Of a stretch of DNA of 64,000 bases, positions 12,520 to 24,152 are shown piece by piece (the stretch's first letter is position 1; the number at the start of each line of letters is the position of its first letter). A model generated the notes under the pieces. It was not told where the DNA came from. It made no database searches and was given only the letters and a program-made list of their open reading frames with translations. The translations under genes were made by a program, and so were the position numbers. This DNA comes from Rhizodiscina lignyota (taxonomy: Eukaryota), in the NCBI GenBank assembly GCA_010015805.1, contig ML978121.1:248001-312000 (forward strand), written 5' to 3'.

Positions 12520-15500
12520 ACGATCGGGTTACAATAAATGTCAATCTTGTCTTTGGCACACTTTATCCGAATTGTTCTTCGACGTGTTTCCCAGTCAGGG
12601 CAAATGAAGACTACTAGACTTCAGTCTAAAAGCTTCCCGCGCTGGGAAATACATAGCTAGACTTCTGGCATTGGCTAAAAATTAAGTTCGAATGGGTTCA
12701 AAGATCAGCGGAGGCTGTGCAAACTGTGTCGACCAACGCAATGAACTACAAGACGGTGATTCGGAATAGGGACCAACCACTCTAGCTGCTAACAAATCAA
12801 TCGAAAAAAAATGAGGAACAAGGTGGTGGGCAAATGCATGGGACGTTTTGTTCCGAAGATGTTGTTCAAGGGCTATGACCTATGGCGACTCCTGCTCCGG
12901 TCCATTCCTGCAATCCGTTCGCCCGAGTTCAGGCCAATGCATGACAGGTCGAGGAAATTCCTAATGCCTCATCTGCAATGCCAGGGCTAAAACTGAAAGC
13001 ATGACCGCACCATGACAACTTTAACCGATGTGAACAAAGTCGAGGGTCAGGGATTAAGATCTGTGCTTCTGGAAAGAATCTAGGGCACTGATCTGTGCAC
13101 ATCTGACGATGATCGCCGCTCTTTTGCGGAGTACCTGCGCAAAATCCACTCTTCTGGGACTATCGACGAAAGAACTGCTTGCGCTGTTTCACTACAACAG
13201 CAGGGAGACCAGCGACTAGCATGTTGACAGCTTGGTGTGCAACAGTTCAAGGAGTTGGCAATGGAGAAACATGAATGTGACAGGTGAACGTCCGACAAAG
13301 GAAAGACATAGCCAAATAGAGCTGAAAAGGGGCACTAGTCCGGAGCGGCTTCGTCGAACCTGAGATCAGCCCTGCGGCTATGTTCATGCGATCAGGAGAA
13401 AGTGTGCACTGTCTCCAACCTGCTACCTTGGCAATTTTGCAGGTCGTGAGGCCAAATTATGTGTATTCATAATTTCTCGGTGAAACATGTGCCTTGGCCC
13501 GTGGCGCATGTAGCTGCCCATGGGATGGATCATGGGCCGAAGCTTGAGAGAAGCTTTGGCCAAATTCTCTTACATTATGACGACGAAAGATTCGCACAAA
13601 ATCCTAACTGCAATTTATGAAAGTTGGTGGATACATAATTACGACACTTTTGGTCCCATCTCGATGTCGTGCGTTTCGGAAAACTGACAGTAGAAATGCC
13701 TCGCTCTGTGTGAGGGACCAATCAAGCACTGACATTTCAACTTGAGTCGATCCCCTGAGGAAAGCATATGCAGGTCCTTAGCAGACATAATGCTATGCAG
13801 CTGAACAATTGAATTTGTCGCCGGCTCGTGATGAATGACGCACGAGCTGATGAATCATGCTGAAGCAGCGGAGAATTCGTCGGAGAAGGTGGAGAGAAGG
13901 GAAAGTCGAGTCATGGCCACAGCAGAGATAGGAAAGGAGTCAAGAATGAACTGTTGTCCGTCTCGCGATCCGATCCGGCCGACGCCTCGAACAACACTTC
14001 CGTCATCGCTATCCCGTATTAACCATAGTAGTTTTACGCCAGCGTCCTGCACAAGCGGAAGCTTAGGGCTCCGCTGGACGTCTCAGGAGGAGGAACAGGC
14101 TGAATGGGGAAACATGATGCTGTGGAACTAGCCAGCAACTCGCGTCTCCTACGCATTGGTGCCACGCTGCTCTGAGGTACGCGTTGGAGAGCATCTCGGA
14201 CTCGGAGTGAGCTATGAAGTCAGACCGGCCAATCAAATTGCTGTTACACAGCAGCCTCAGTATGACGGGCCTCCACAGAACAGGCCGGCAGTGGCTGACA
14301 GCTGGCGTCCAATATCGAGCACATCGTCGCGTGGGCTATTAAGGCGTTTCGTGGTGTTGAGGCTTGCTGCAATGTTCCCAGCAGGAAGGTAGCAGTAGTG
14401 CTTGGGCCTTCAAAAGGGAGCCGAAAGAAGGGAGCTGCCGCTTAAGCGAGGCACTCGATCTCCATTATGCTATGGTAAAAACGAGGCTGTGGAACCGAGA
14501 TGCATCATCCACGCAGCGCTTGGCATCAGGTACGATATCGTCGCTTGCGACTCTACGAAGCATGGAGAATGAAGTGGCTGTGTTGCAACGTTCTGACGAG
14601 AGCAGCTGCACATGCCCCAGATCATCAACTGCGCCATACATCCTCTTTGAGTCTGCCGGATGTAGACGTCCTTTGGTGGTGGACGGAGCGGTTTCAGGAG
14701 TCAGGAGAGGGCCTGCTCAAATGTATCACAGAGAATGACATGCAGAGGTGCCTGGCTATCTGATGAGGGCTGGCAAACTCTCATTCGCTGCCGGCAACAC
14801 CGGATTCGTCTCACATCCTTCGAGAAGACCGTGTCCTCGCATCAATCATCCACGCCTGTACCCGGGCGCACAGGGCTACAGGGCCACAGGGCTGTGAACT
14901 GTCTCTAACCCGCTACCCAACGGTGTTCCGCTGCAATGGCAGCGCATCGCCCGCTTAGGGAAACGAGCAGTCCAACGCAGAGCAAACAACTGGCTGAGCA
15001 GTGCCTAGGACAGCGACACCCGCGCGTCCCCGGTGCGGAGGGTCAGCTCAATCTGGATTGCTGGCATTCCGATGACATTTTCTCGCATCCATGGATGCGT
15101 CAGACGTTTGTGGTGACTGACCACTGCCAGTTATCGAAAATAAAAGTCATGACATAGCTACATAATAACCCGTTGTGACACAACATAAGCCCCCAAGCAC
15201 CCCTCACGCAGCCACGCTTTGTCCCTGTGTGCTTCATATCAAGACAATTAAAACGGACAAGCACAGAGCTTCTGCCTCGGCTTTCGATGAAGGACCTGGA
15301 CTCCATGTGAGGCCTGCGAGGAGTGCGAGATTACTCAGTTTTAAGCACCGTCATGACCCTGCTCCTCCCTGGCCTTCTAGAAGGCCGGAGCAAACAATTC
15401 ACGAGAAGCGCCGATGCAAGCGACAGTTTGACTCGTGCGGATCGACCGCTAGCCGATTGAAACACATGGCAGTACCTTGCGCTACGGGGTTTTTCACTGC

Positions 15501-16364
15501 ACCCTCATAGGCCCATCGGGCGTATTCTATCGCGGATGGAACGGTGGACCAGGCCCTTGGGACTTTCATCGGCCGACACAGGTAGGTATTTGACATGAGC
15601 GTCATCACAGCGTGTCATCGTGCTATCTTGCCTCATCTGCAAGGACACTTTTTGATCTCTTTATGCAGACACTCTCAAGGCCTCGCTCCTTAGAAGCAAC
15701 CTAATTGGCAAACTGGAGGCCTCCATCTGAGCTTGTCAGACGTCTGAGATCCATTAAGCTGACAATCCTGGCAACGTCAAGCTATCGTGGACAGCGAGCT
15801 GCCTCTATCCGACCCTGATGCCGGCATCGCGGAGATATGTATGTTTTGGGCCTCAAACGCAAGACATAGCCCTTTTCCACCATGCGTCTTCCCCATCGGC
15901 TGAACATCCCATTGGGTTTCTTTTTAGCTCTAACGCTCCACGATGGTCCACCATCCCAACTCTGCTTCCCTACATCCGCTGGCGTGGCTCCACTACGCTT
16001 ACACAGAGCCGCAGGCGCTGTGCTGGGGTCCCAGCCAGTCTGCCTGACGACATCGTCTGCGCTGATGCACATGGAAATAAGGCCCATCGCCCACCCGCAT
16101 CAGTTTTGACATGCGTAAAATAGCGGCAACTCCCTGTATCCCTACTTCGATCCGACTGATCGTAGAAATTTCTTAGTAGCCTGTATTATGCCCCGAGGCC
16201 ATACATATGCGGCCACGCGCTTTCGCAAGCGTAAAATTGCCAACAGAGTGGCACTGGTCTGTCGTCAGATTTCATAAAGTCCGGAGTGTTTGCTTAGTTT
16301 AATTCTATGTTTTCGTCTGGCTCACATCAATCTTCTCTTCCCATGCTTTCGCCGTGCTCTCAAC

Positions 16365-16675
16365 ATGTGTGATTATACTCAAGTCGAATACGCCTGCGGC
16401 CACCTCAGATATACAGTTCGCGCATGGTGTGTCAAATATCAGGAGACTCATAAACGTTGCCCTGCAAACGTTGTAGCAATGTTCGTATTTGAGAATCGCA
16501 ATCGAACTCAGGCTTACCACTTCCACAGAGAATATCGATTGGACGAGAAGTGTGGTACGGCCTTCATCTGATCGAACTTCGCATGTGTTTATTTCCAACC
16601 CACTGACCTCCTCCAGGGGATTGCCGGACGTCATCATCGAGGAGGTACTGCGCGGCATACGCCAAAGTTAGATAA
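16365..16675 (+). CDS. Small Cys/His-rich protein, about 66 aa (exons 16365-16480, 16529-16554, 16617-16675): MCDYTQVEYACGHLRYTVRAWCVKYQETHKRCPANVVAIEYRLDEKCGDCRTSSSRRYCAAYAKVR
   Basis: ATG in CAACATG context. Introns GTTCGT..GCTTAC..CAG (16481-16528) and GTACGG..CTGAC..CAG (16555-16616) join in frame and complete a CxxC pair. The MC-x8-CGH...CxxC pattern resembles small fungal hypothetical proteins. Confidence 0.78.
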
Positions 16676-17945
16676 ATGGGGGGCATTAGCTGATTGGGGA
16701 TATTATCTCAGGAGATAAACCCTGTCTGATTCGAGACTTCGTACGTGCTAAGGACATGATCGCAATTCACTCTGTCAGATGGCTCATGCGACTCTAGACA
16801 AGTCGACCTTGTCCGCAGTTCTGCGGATGCATATGATCGCCGTCGTGAAGTGATTTTTCAATCACTTCTCCTCTCTTGCTACCTCGACCCATGCTCGAGA
16901 TCTCCCACATTCCGGTTTCCTGGCGATCCTCCAGGCATACTCGGTCGTCCGGCTATACTACGTAGGATATTGCAAACAAAGTACACACGGCAGGCCACCG
17001 AAAGATTGGAAGTTTCACTACTGTTGCGTCTGTTGTGCACAACCAACAAGTACAACTCCACAGTGAAGCTGCGATATATTCGATTTTCACAACTTACACC
17101 GAGTTTCGAACCATCACCTTTCAAGCAACTCATTCCGATGGGTTACCCCCTGCTATGGCCTTTGAGAAGAGACGCAGCTTAGGCTCAGTTGAGTGGATCA
17201 CACTGATCGGGAGACTGCCAGCAAGTGTACAAAGTATTACAGCACATGAGAAAGATCTGGCACTTACGCGACACTCGAGACGCGGTGAACGGGCGAAAAG
17301 GGCTACATCTTAGACAGCACGTGTGCAACAGAGCCCTACGAGATGTCCCGTTATGTCGAAGTGCCAAGCAGACAGTTCTCTGGAGGTGATTGATATTTAT
17401 GTATGCGTTCAGGATTCGGTATTTTCATGTCTATATTCTTTTGGGGAAACAATAGTTCCGGAAAGAGTGCCCAGCAGCACAGTATTTTCGGTACGGTCAC
17501 AAAAGTTCTTTGGTACTTTCTCATGGAAAGGAGGATCCATAGAGGCCCATACATACAGGCTTTAGAAAAGCGTGGCGTTTGGAAGAAAAGAAGGCTCATA
17601 CCTCACGGTTCTGGCCCTTCGATAGACGACAATTCATGTACATGTACTTTATGAGAACCCCACCACGTTTTACAGATGGGCACATACAACAGTGCTCTCT
17701 TTATCATATAAGCAATAATACCACATCGCAAAGGAAGCGCAAGCTGCAATCATTAAAAACATCTCGAAAACCAGGCCCCCAACTTGTCACGTGGCGCTGG
17801 CCCCGAACAAAGGATTAATCTCACCTCCACACAATAGCTTTCTGCAACGTCATCCATGCAGGTCCCTCCGCCAAAAACCCGAACCCCCCGGTGCACTTCG
17901 TGATACGGTGATCTCAGGCTGATTTATCAGTCAGCTCACGACACC

Positions 17946-19547
17946 ATGGTGCCACGGGCGGGTTTGCAGGCGGACGATGAACTACGCATACTCGTAACGG
18001 GCGCAAACAGGTATTGACTCTGCTTCACATCTGACGACTAAGATTTCCATTGGCCGTCGTATAATCTCGAAAACAACTTAGCTGACGCGTTCACCGCTTC
18101 CCTCTGCAGCGGCTTAGGATTCGCGATATGTACGCGCCTAATTGACGAATTCCTCGAGACGCACCCTCCATCCTCGCGGCTTGCCCTCATCCTCACCACT
18201 CGGTCGCAGACGAAGTCCTCAGATACTGTCCAAAGATTAAAAGCACATCTAAAGAGACTATGTCGGCGCGAAGAGAAGCAGTCTTCTGGTGCCGGAGAAG
18301 AGTTGGAGAGGCGTGTCAGGTTTCAGCCTGAGCAACTGGACCTCACATGCTTCTTGTCGATACGGAGGCTCGCTCGAAAGCTGATTAGGGGCACAGATGG
18401 GGTGGATTGTCCCCCTTCAATTGATGTGCTAATCCTCAATGCTGGTATGGGAGGCTGGACTGGACTCAATTGGCCTCTGACGATATGGACTGTTCTGACC
18501 GATATGCCACATTCCGTTACGTGGCCGTTATTCAAGGAATCCGGCATGGGATGGCTATGCAAGCCGCAATTGCCTCCTTCGAGCGTCAATGGCGACTCTC
18601 GGCAGACCAATGGAAGCGCAGAGAAAAAGGCACAGATCAATGGACAAGCTGTGGAAACCACAAGTGCACGGACGGAACCGCCGCTGGGGGAAGTCTTCAC
18701 GGCAAACGTATTCGGTCATTACATGCTGGCACACGAACTTGCGCCACTCTTGGGTAGGAGCAAGCGAGGAGCGCGGGTGATATGGCTGAGCTCGTTGGAG
18801 GCCTATTCGAAGGCTCTTGATATGAACGACTTCCAAGGCCTCCAGTCTAAAATGGTCTACGAGTGTACGAAGCGGATAACCGATGTTCTGGCACTGTCGT
18901 CCGAGCTTTCCGGCACCCGTCCGTGGGTCCAAGAATATTTGTCTCTGCCATCAACGAAAATACACGACCATTCAGATTCAACACACAATGGAGTTCTAGC
19001 CGCGGAACAAAGTTCTATAACAGAAGACGGACATCAATCACCGCCGAAAATGTACCTCTCGCATCCTGGCATATGCGCGACTGCAATCATCTCACTTCCT
19101 CTCATACTCGAATGGCTCATGATCGGCGCGTTCTATGTTGCACGCTGGATCGGGTCACCATGGCATACCTGTTCCTCATACAAAGGAGCTGTGGCGCCAG
19201 TCTGGCTGGCCTTGGCATCTTCCTCCGTACTCGCACAGTTAGAAATAGACGCCGAAGGGGAGTCGAGGAAGGGCAAATGGGGGAGCGCAATAGACATATG
19301 GGGCAACGAGAGGGTCGCGAGAACGGAGGTGGAGGGATGGGGTTGGGCTGGGGCGGTGGGAGAGGGAGCGGAGTGGCGTAGCGGGATGGGCAAACGTGCA
19401 CGGTGGAGGCACGCCCGCGATCTGACGGAGGAGAAAAGAGTGGAGTTTGAGGAGTCGGGACGAGAGGTCTGGGCGGAGATGGAGAGGCTGCGGAAAGACT
19501 GGGAAAAGAGACTGGACCAGCACGAGGCCGAGGCTGGCCAGATCTAA
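17946..19547 (+). CDS. ERG27: 3-keto-steroid reductase (SDR family, ergosterol C4-demethylation); exons 17946-18010 and 18110-19547
   Basis: Splicing restores the Rossmann motif 'ILVTGANSGLGFAICTRLIDEFL'. Also 'IDVLILNAGMGGWTG', 'LGEVFTANVFGHYMLAH', catalytic 'YECTKR', 'HPGICAT' and 'YVARWIGSPWH'. Confidence 0.92.
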
Positions 19548-21729
19548 TGTGGAGGCAACATCACACTCTCATACGGGCATAAAGGAACCAAAAGCATTAT
19601 GGGAGCTAATGCAGGATGTATATACTTCTGCCATAGGCTTGGAAAAAAAGAGGTCATTTTGCGGGAATCCATAGTTACTCCAATGCTCCTGCAAATGATG
19701 CGCACTTGACAAAGCAAGACACAACGCAGTGCGACTCCGCGCGGATACCCGCATATCGCTTAACTGCCGAAGACAACAATCGCGATGGGATGTATGGGGA
19801 CTGCTCGTGCCATCTATATTAAAGTGATGCGTTTAGTGAAGCTGCGGCAGGGCGGCTAATCAGGGCGTGCGCGTCGCTCCTGCACCGTGCATATGCACCT
19901 CGACCCTTGCGCAGGCACATCCGCATCTCGCGGCGACTCGTTCGAAATCCAACGCTTCCATTGCATGCATAACCTGCACAGAGATCAGGCGGGCACGGGT
20001 TCCATTGGAGAATCGAGCGTGAGAGGTGTTATGCATGCGGCCTGGGCCACAAAAGGATTGTCAAACATAGAAGAGCATGGAATGTGCGCAGGGCAAAGTG
20101 TTTCACGATTTGTGCGAATGTATGGCCGGCCGCGGGATCAGGACGCGCGACCTCGAAGTCATGCCATGTCGGTTGGCCTTCGACTCGAGCTCAAGACGCG
20201 CTAATCCCCTTCTACACTACACAATTGTCGGCAGAATCGAATCGTGAGGCGCGCCAGAAAATAACGGCTCGGAGCATTTGTGACGACTTTGCACTCTCAA
20301 ACAAGGGGGCCGGGTGCGCCTTTTCGGACCCAGCACAGCCAATTCTCGAAAAAGTCCGCCAAACAGGTGTTGGAAGCCCGATGCCCAACGGCAATTGGAT
20401 GGGCCCGCGAGAGACACGAGATTGTCTGGTCCTCTTCTTCCGACGACGCATCCAACGCGTCTACTGTAGAAACACAAGATGGTGCCCTGATGTCTCACTT
20501 AAACGTCCACAGGATGACTGCGTGCGCGATTTCTGTCGGTAGTTTCTAGGTGCAGCAATCGTCAAGGTGTTTGGGCGTTCCTGCAGACTCGCCCAATGTG
20601 CGCTCGTGCTCGGTCTTCTCGAGGCACGTTCGTGTGGAGCTAGCGCGAGCCGTTAAGAACGCTAACATTCATAAAAGCGTTATTCTCGTCTGCTCATTGG
20701 CCGCTTTTCTTGTTCTGCGCCGGTCCGCTGGGACGGCCCTGCTTCAAGCGTGTCGGCGGGCAAGGGCCGTGAGACCGTTCACCTGAAGCTGCACGGTGAC
20801 AGGTGCGCGAAGGTGATCAGACTGATCTGCGGCCATGTTGATGGCCTTCGCGTGAGCTGTGGAGAGTGAGAGACAGGAGCAGTCGGAGCGCGACGCAAAG
20901 CTGCAAGTCACCTCTCTCCACCATTGCCTTTCCGTCCACTCTTTCTTCCTCTCTTCTCTGTGACATGCGTCGAGCCTGAATCACCGTTGAGCGGCTGTCG
21001 AGTCTTCCTCGCATACGCGACTTTTTCTTCTTCTCCTTTCTTTTTCACCCCGCGTCAGACAGAGTGCGCTCGCTTCTCAGACGACCCTACATTCCTGTCT
21101 CCGAAAGCACAACAAAACTTATCCTCAAACCTTGCCATTGAATCGATCCCAAGCCAGGATTTCTGTCGCTGATCTTCGATTCCATCGAACGGTAGCCCAT
21201 CGACTAGCCTGCAGGAACTCGCATCGCCCACAACACTCCTTGTTAGCAGAAGCTTTAGCAAAGTGGAGAAAGGACGAATGACACCGACGAACCCTATGGA
21301 TCCCGTCCGCACCCCTTCAACTTCGAAGCCTGAAATTCTTTCAAGTGATTTTCCGCCTTGCTATTAGGCTTCTGTCAGAACGAATACGGCAACGGTGCCG
21401 GGTACTAAGTCCTACGGCCGACCTTTAGCCTCATGCGCTGAATTTCGCGTACAAAGTCCAATACGCAGGTTCTCATTCGGCCAAACAAAGACGATCTTTC
21501 CACAATGACTTTCTAACCGCTCATTTCGCCGATGTTTCTTTGTACATGTAATAAGTTTCCTCCTTTCTTCGTCGTTCCCTTTGCTCACTCATGGCATTGT
21601 TAGACCCAATGTCCCCTCACAAACGACAACAACGCCACATTCATTGCTCCAGAATTTCCTAGCCCAACACGTTGGACCAAATACGACCCAACTTATTGCG
21701 CAATCATCGGACTATATACGCGAACAACC

Positions 21730-23538
21730 ATGGAACAGTCAGCATCACGCTCTTCCAATTATCTACCTACTCGACCAGCATCAAGGATGACTGGAACACC
21801 CAACAGACGACCTTCTTCTTCCAGCGGATCGAGCTTCAGCGAACCAAAGTCGCAATACCTACAGCAGGCTCTTTTGGAACGTAGAGGTCAAGCTACGCCC
21901 CAGCCACGACCGACACCTCCCCGACGACCAAGTACCAGAACTGGGCTTTCATTTCAAGATGAATGGACCGCTGCTGGCGATGCGCCAATCAAACGATCCC
22001 AGAGTACCGACCCACAACGACATCACAAGCGGCGTGCAAGTGTAGGTGGAACGAATTCGCGCGACACGATCCCAGCCCCCCGACCCGGTTTGAACCTCAA
22101 GGAGACAAACGAGTTGATTGATAGGTTACAGAAGGACAACTTCGACTTGAAGCTGAGGGTAACACTTCAGGATGATAGGTTGAAGAAGCTTGTGCGGGAT
22201 CTTGAAGAGACGAAGGAGCGCGTTGAAGCGGCAGAAATATTGGAGGAAAAATATTCAATATTAGAGGATAAGGCTGCGAAGCTGGAGCAGCAAGTCACCG
22301 AATTAGAGAAAGAGAATGCTGAGTTGATGGGGTGGAATGAGGAGGCGGTCAAAGAGTTGGAGCAACGCGACATGGCAGTAAAAGAGGCGGTGACCATTAT
22401 CCACGAGCTGGAGCAGAAGTTGGAGGCTAAGCAAATCTCCATTCCACCCCGGCCCAGAGTCCAGACGATTGAAAGACATCATGATTCGGACTACTTCTCC
22501 GCCGAGCCTGACTCTCCCTACACTCCTGCAGTCAGTGCTAAACTTCGGCCTGGTTCTAGCTCCGGTAGCTCGATTCTCCCTGCGGACTCAGACTATTATA
22601 GCGCCACGTCATACTCGTCACCTGCCTCTACTGCACCGAAGGCCATTCGTCGTCCAAAGCCCATGCCCATTGCCATGCCCGATGTACCAAGGCCGCGATC
22701 TACAGTGGCTGCCCCTCTCAGCAGGCAAGAGCAAGCAATTGCGGACCACATCCCTACACGCATCTCTAGTGCGAAGGCCCTTGTCAAGGACTCTTTAGCT
22801 CGTGCACAACAGACTTCATCCTCCATCCACAGCAGTCCGGACCACACTCCTCGGCCAGGTCTGAGAAGAGCTCGGAGGACCCAAGCTTTGGAAATAGCGT
22901 CTCTGAGACTTCAGAACCAGCAACAGGTTCAAGGAGGACCCAGTACCCCACACATCTCCACCGCCTCAAATCTTACACCGAGACAAGCACCACCGTCAAG
23001 TTTACTCCAACTGCGTCAGTCTGCCACCGCGATTCCAGACATACCCAGAAGTAGTTCAGAGCCCCCGCAAGACTCTAGACCGGCAGGGGAACTTTACCAT
23101 CTCTGGAGGACCGGCAGATTGAACATGGATGTAACTACAGACGCACACTCTCCTCAGGATTTGCGACTCCGCGTTCCTGGAGAGGCTCCACCAAATGCCA
23201 CACCTTCCCTGCTTGAATATCCGGACGACGACGACGATCAGGCTTCCCAAGTCACACCCGTGACGGCGCGACCGACCTTGAATCGGGAGCATCGTCGGGA
23301 CCGGAACAGCACGGGCCGTATCCCTGACGAGGTTATCAGGGAGGACGGTCTCAGCGACGAGGAGTCCGCCATTCCGGCCACCATCACCAGCGGCAAAGAC
23401 CGACGAACGCGACATTCAGAGAGCGAATACAGTTTCGCCTCCAGCGTCACAGCCAATGGAACAAGGAGATACCCTCCTTGGCCCCCGAGTGGGGGAATCG
23501 AGCTGCGCAATTTCATGTTCGGATCTGGTAACTACTGA
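21730..23538 (+). CDS. Centrosomin N-terminal motif 1 (CM1/Cnn_1N) coiled-coil protein with long Ser/Pro-rich disordered regions
   Basis: 602-aa ORF. 'LNLKETNELIDRLQKDNFDLKLRVTLQDDRL' matches the CM1 gamma-tubulin-complex receptor pattern (ENFDLKLRI) and is followed by about 90 aa of coiled coil ('AVKELEQRDMAVKEAVTIIHELE'). Confidence 0.75.
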   Translation: MEQSASRSSNYLPTRPASRMTGTPNRRPSSSSGSSFSEPKSQYLQQALLERRGQATPQPRPTPPRRPSTRTGLSFQDEWTAAGDAPIKRSQSTDPQRHHKRRASVGGTNSRDTIPAPRPGLNLKETNELIDRLQKDNFDLKLRVTLQDDRLKKLVRDLEETKERVEAAEILEEKYSILEDKAAKLEQQVTELEKENAELMGWNEEAVKELEQRDMAVKEAVTIIHELEQKLEAKQISIPPRPRVQTIERHHDSDYFSAEPDSPYTPAVSAKLRPGSSSGSSILPADSDYYSATSYSSPASTAPKAIRRPKPMPIAMPDVPRPRSTVAAPLSRQEQAIADHIPTRISSAKALVKDSLARAQQTSSSIHSSPDHTPRPGLRRARRTQALEIASLRLQNQQQVQGGPSTPHISTASNLTPRQAPPSSLLQLRQSATAIPDIPRSSSEPPQDSRPAGELYHLWRTGRLNMDVTTDAHSPQDLRLRVPGEAPPNATPSLLEYPDDDDDQASQVTPVTARPTLNREHRRDRNSTGRIPDEVIREDGLSDEESAIPATITSGKDRRTRHSESEYSFASSVTANGTRRYPPWPPSGGIELRNFMFGSGNY

Positions 23539-24152
23539 AGAGATGGATACTTGTGAACGAGGATTGCCAATTGTCCGACGCCTCTACCTCACGGTTCTTT
23601 TTTTTTTTCTAAGCGAGGCGTTTTCAGTCGCTACAAATTTGTGGCATGACGTTGAATCAGTTTTTTTGTTTTTATTATTATTCCCAGCTTGGCGGCATTC
23701 TGTTTTGTTTGCGACGACTCGGGATCATCGAATTTAGCGATGGCGATATTGGAGGATTACGGAAAAGTTGGGGCGCTTGTAATGATAGCGAGCTTCGCCT
23801 TTGACTTGAGTAAGTAGATGATCTACCTTTCTTCGTCGAAAAGCCTTAATTTCATGACTGCGTTTATGTGCAAAGGAGTTCAAGTGATTGTCTTGCTCTT
23901 CTCGAGCTGCCATGAAAGACTGGAGAGACAAACGCTGTGATATTTTTAAGGAAGATCTCATTGTTTACATGCTTGACATCGGAGTATTTCTAGATGTACA
24001 GTACTCCACAGCTGAATAGTAATAAATGACATACAAGCCTCTTCTCTAACCACGATATTGGGGTATACGTTAACATATATTGACATATCGAACATTCAAT
24101 GAAATCAGGAGCTCCTTCCGCTCAGAAACCAAAATACACTCTCCTCCGGCCT

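Noticed and set aside
18057..18063. TCGTATA (Upc2-type sterol response element) in the ERG27 intron
   Set aside because: A single 7-mer is expected several times by chance in 64 kb, and there is no supporting conservation.
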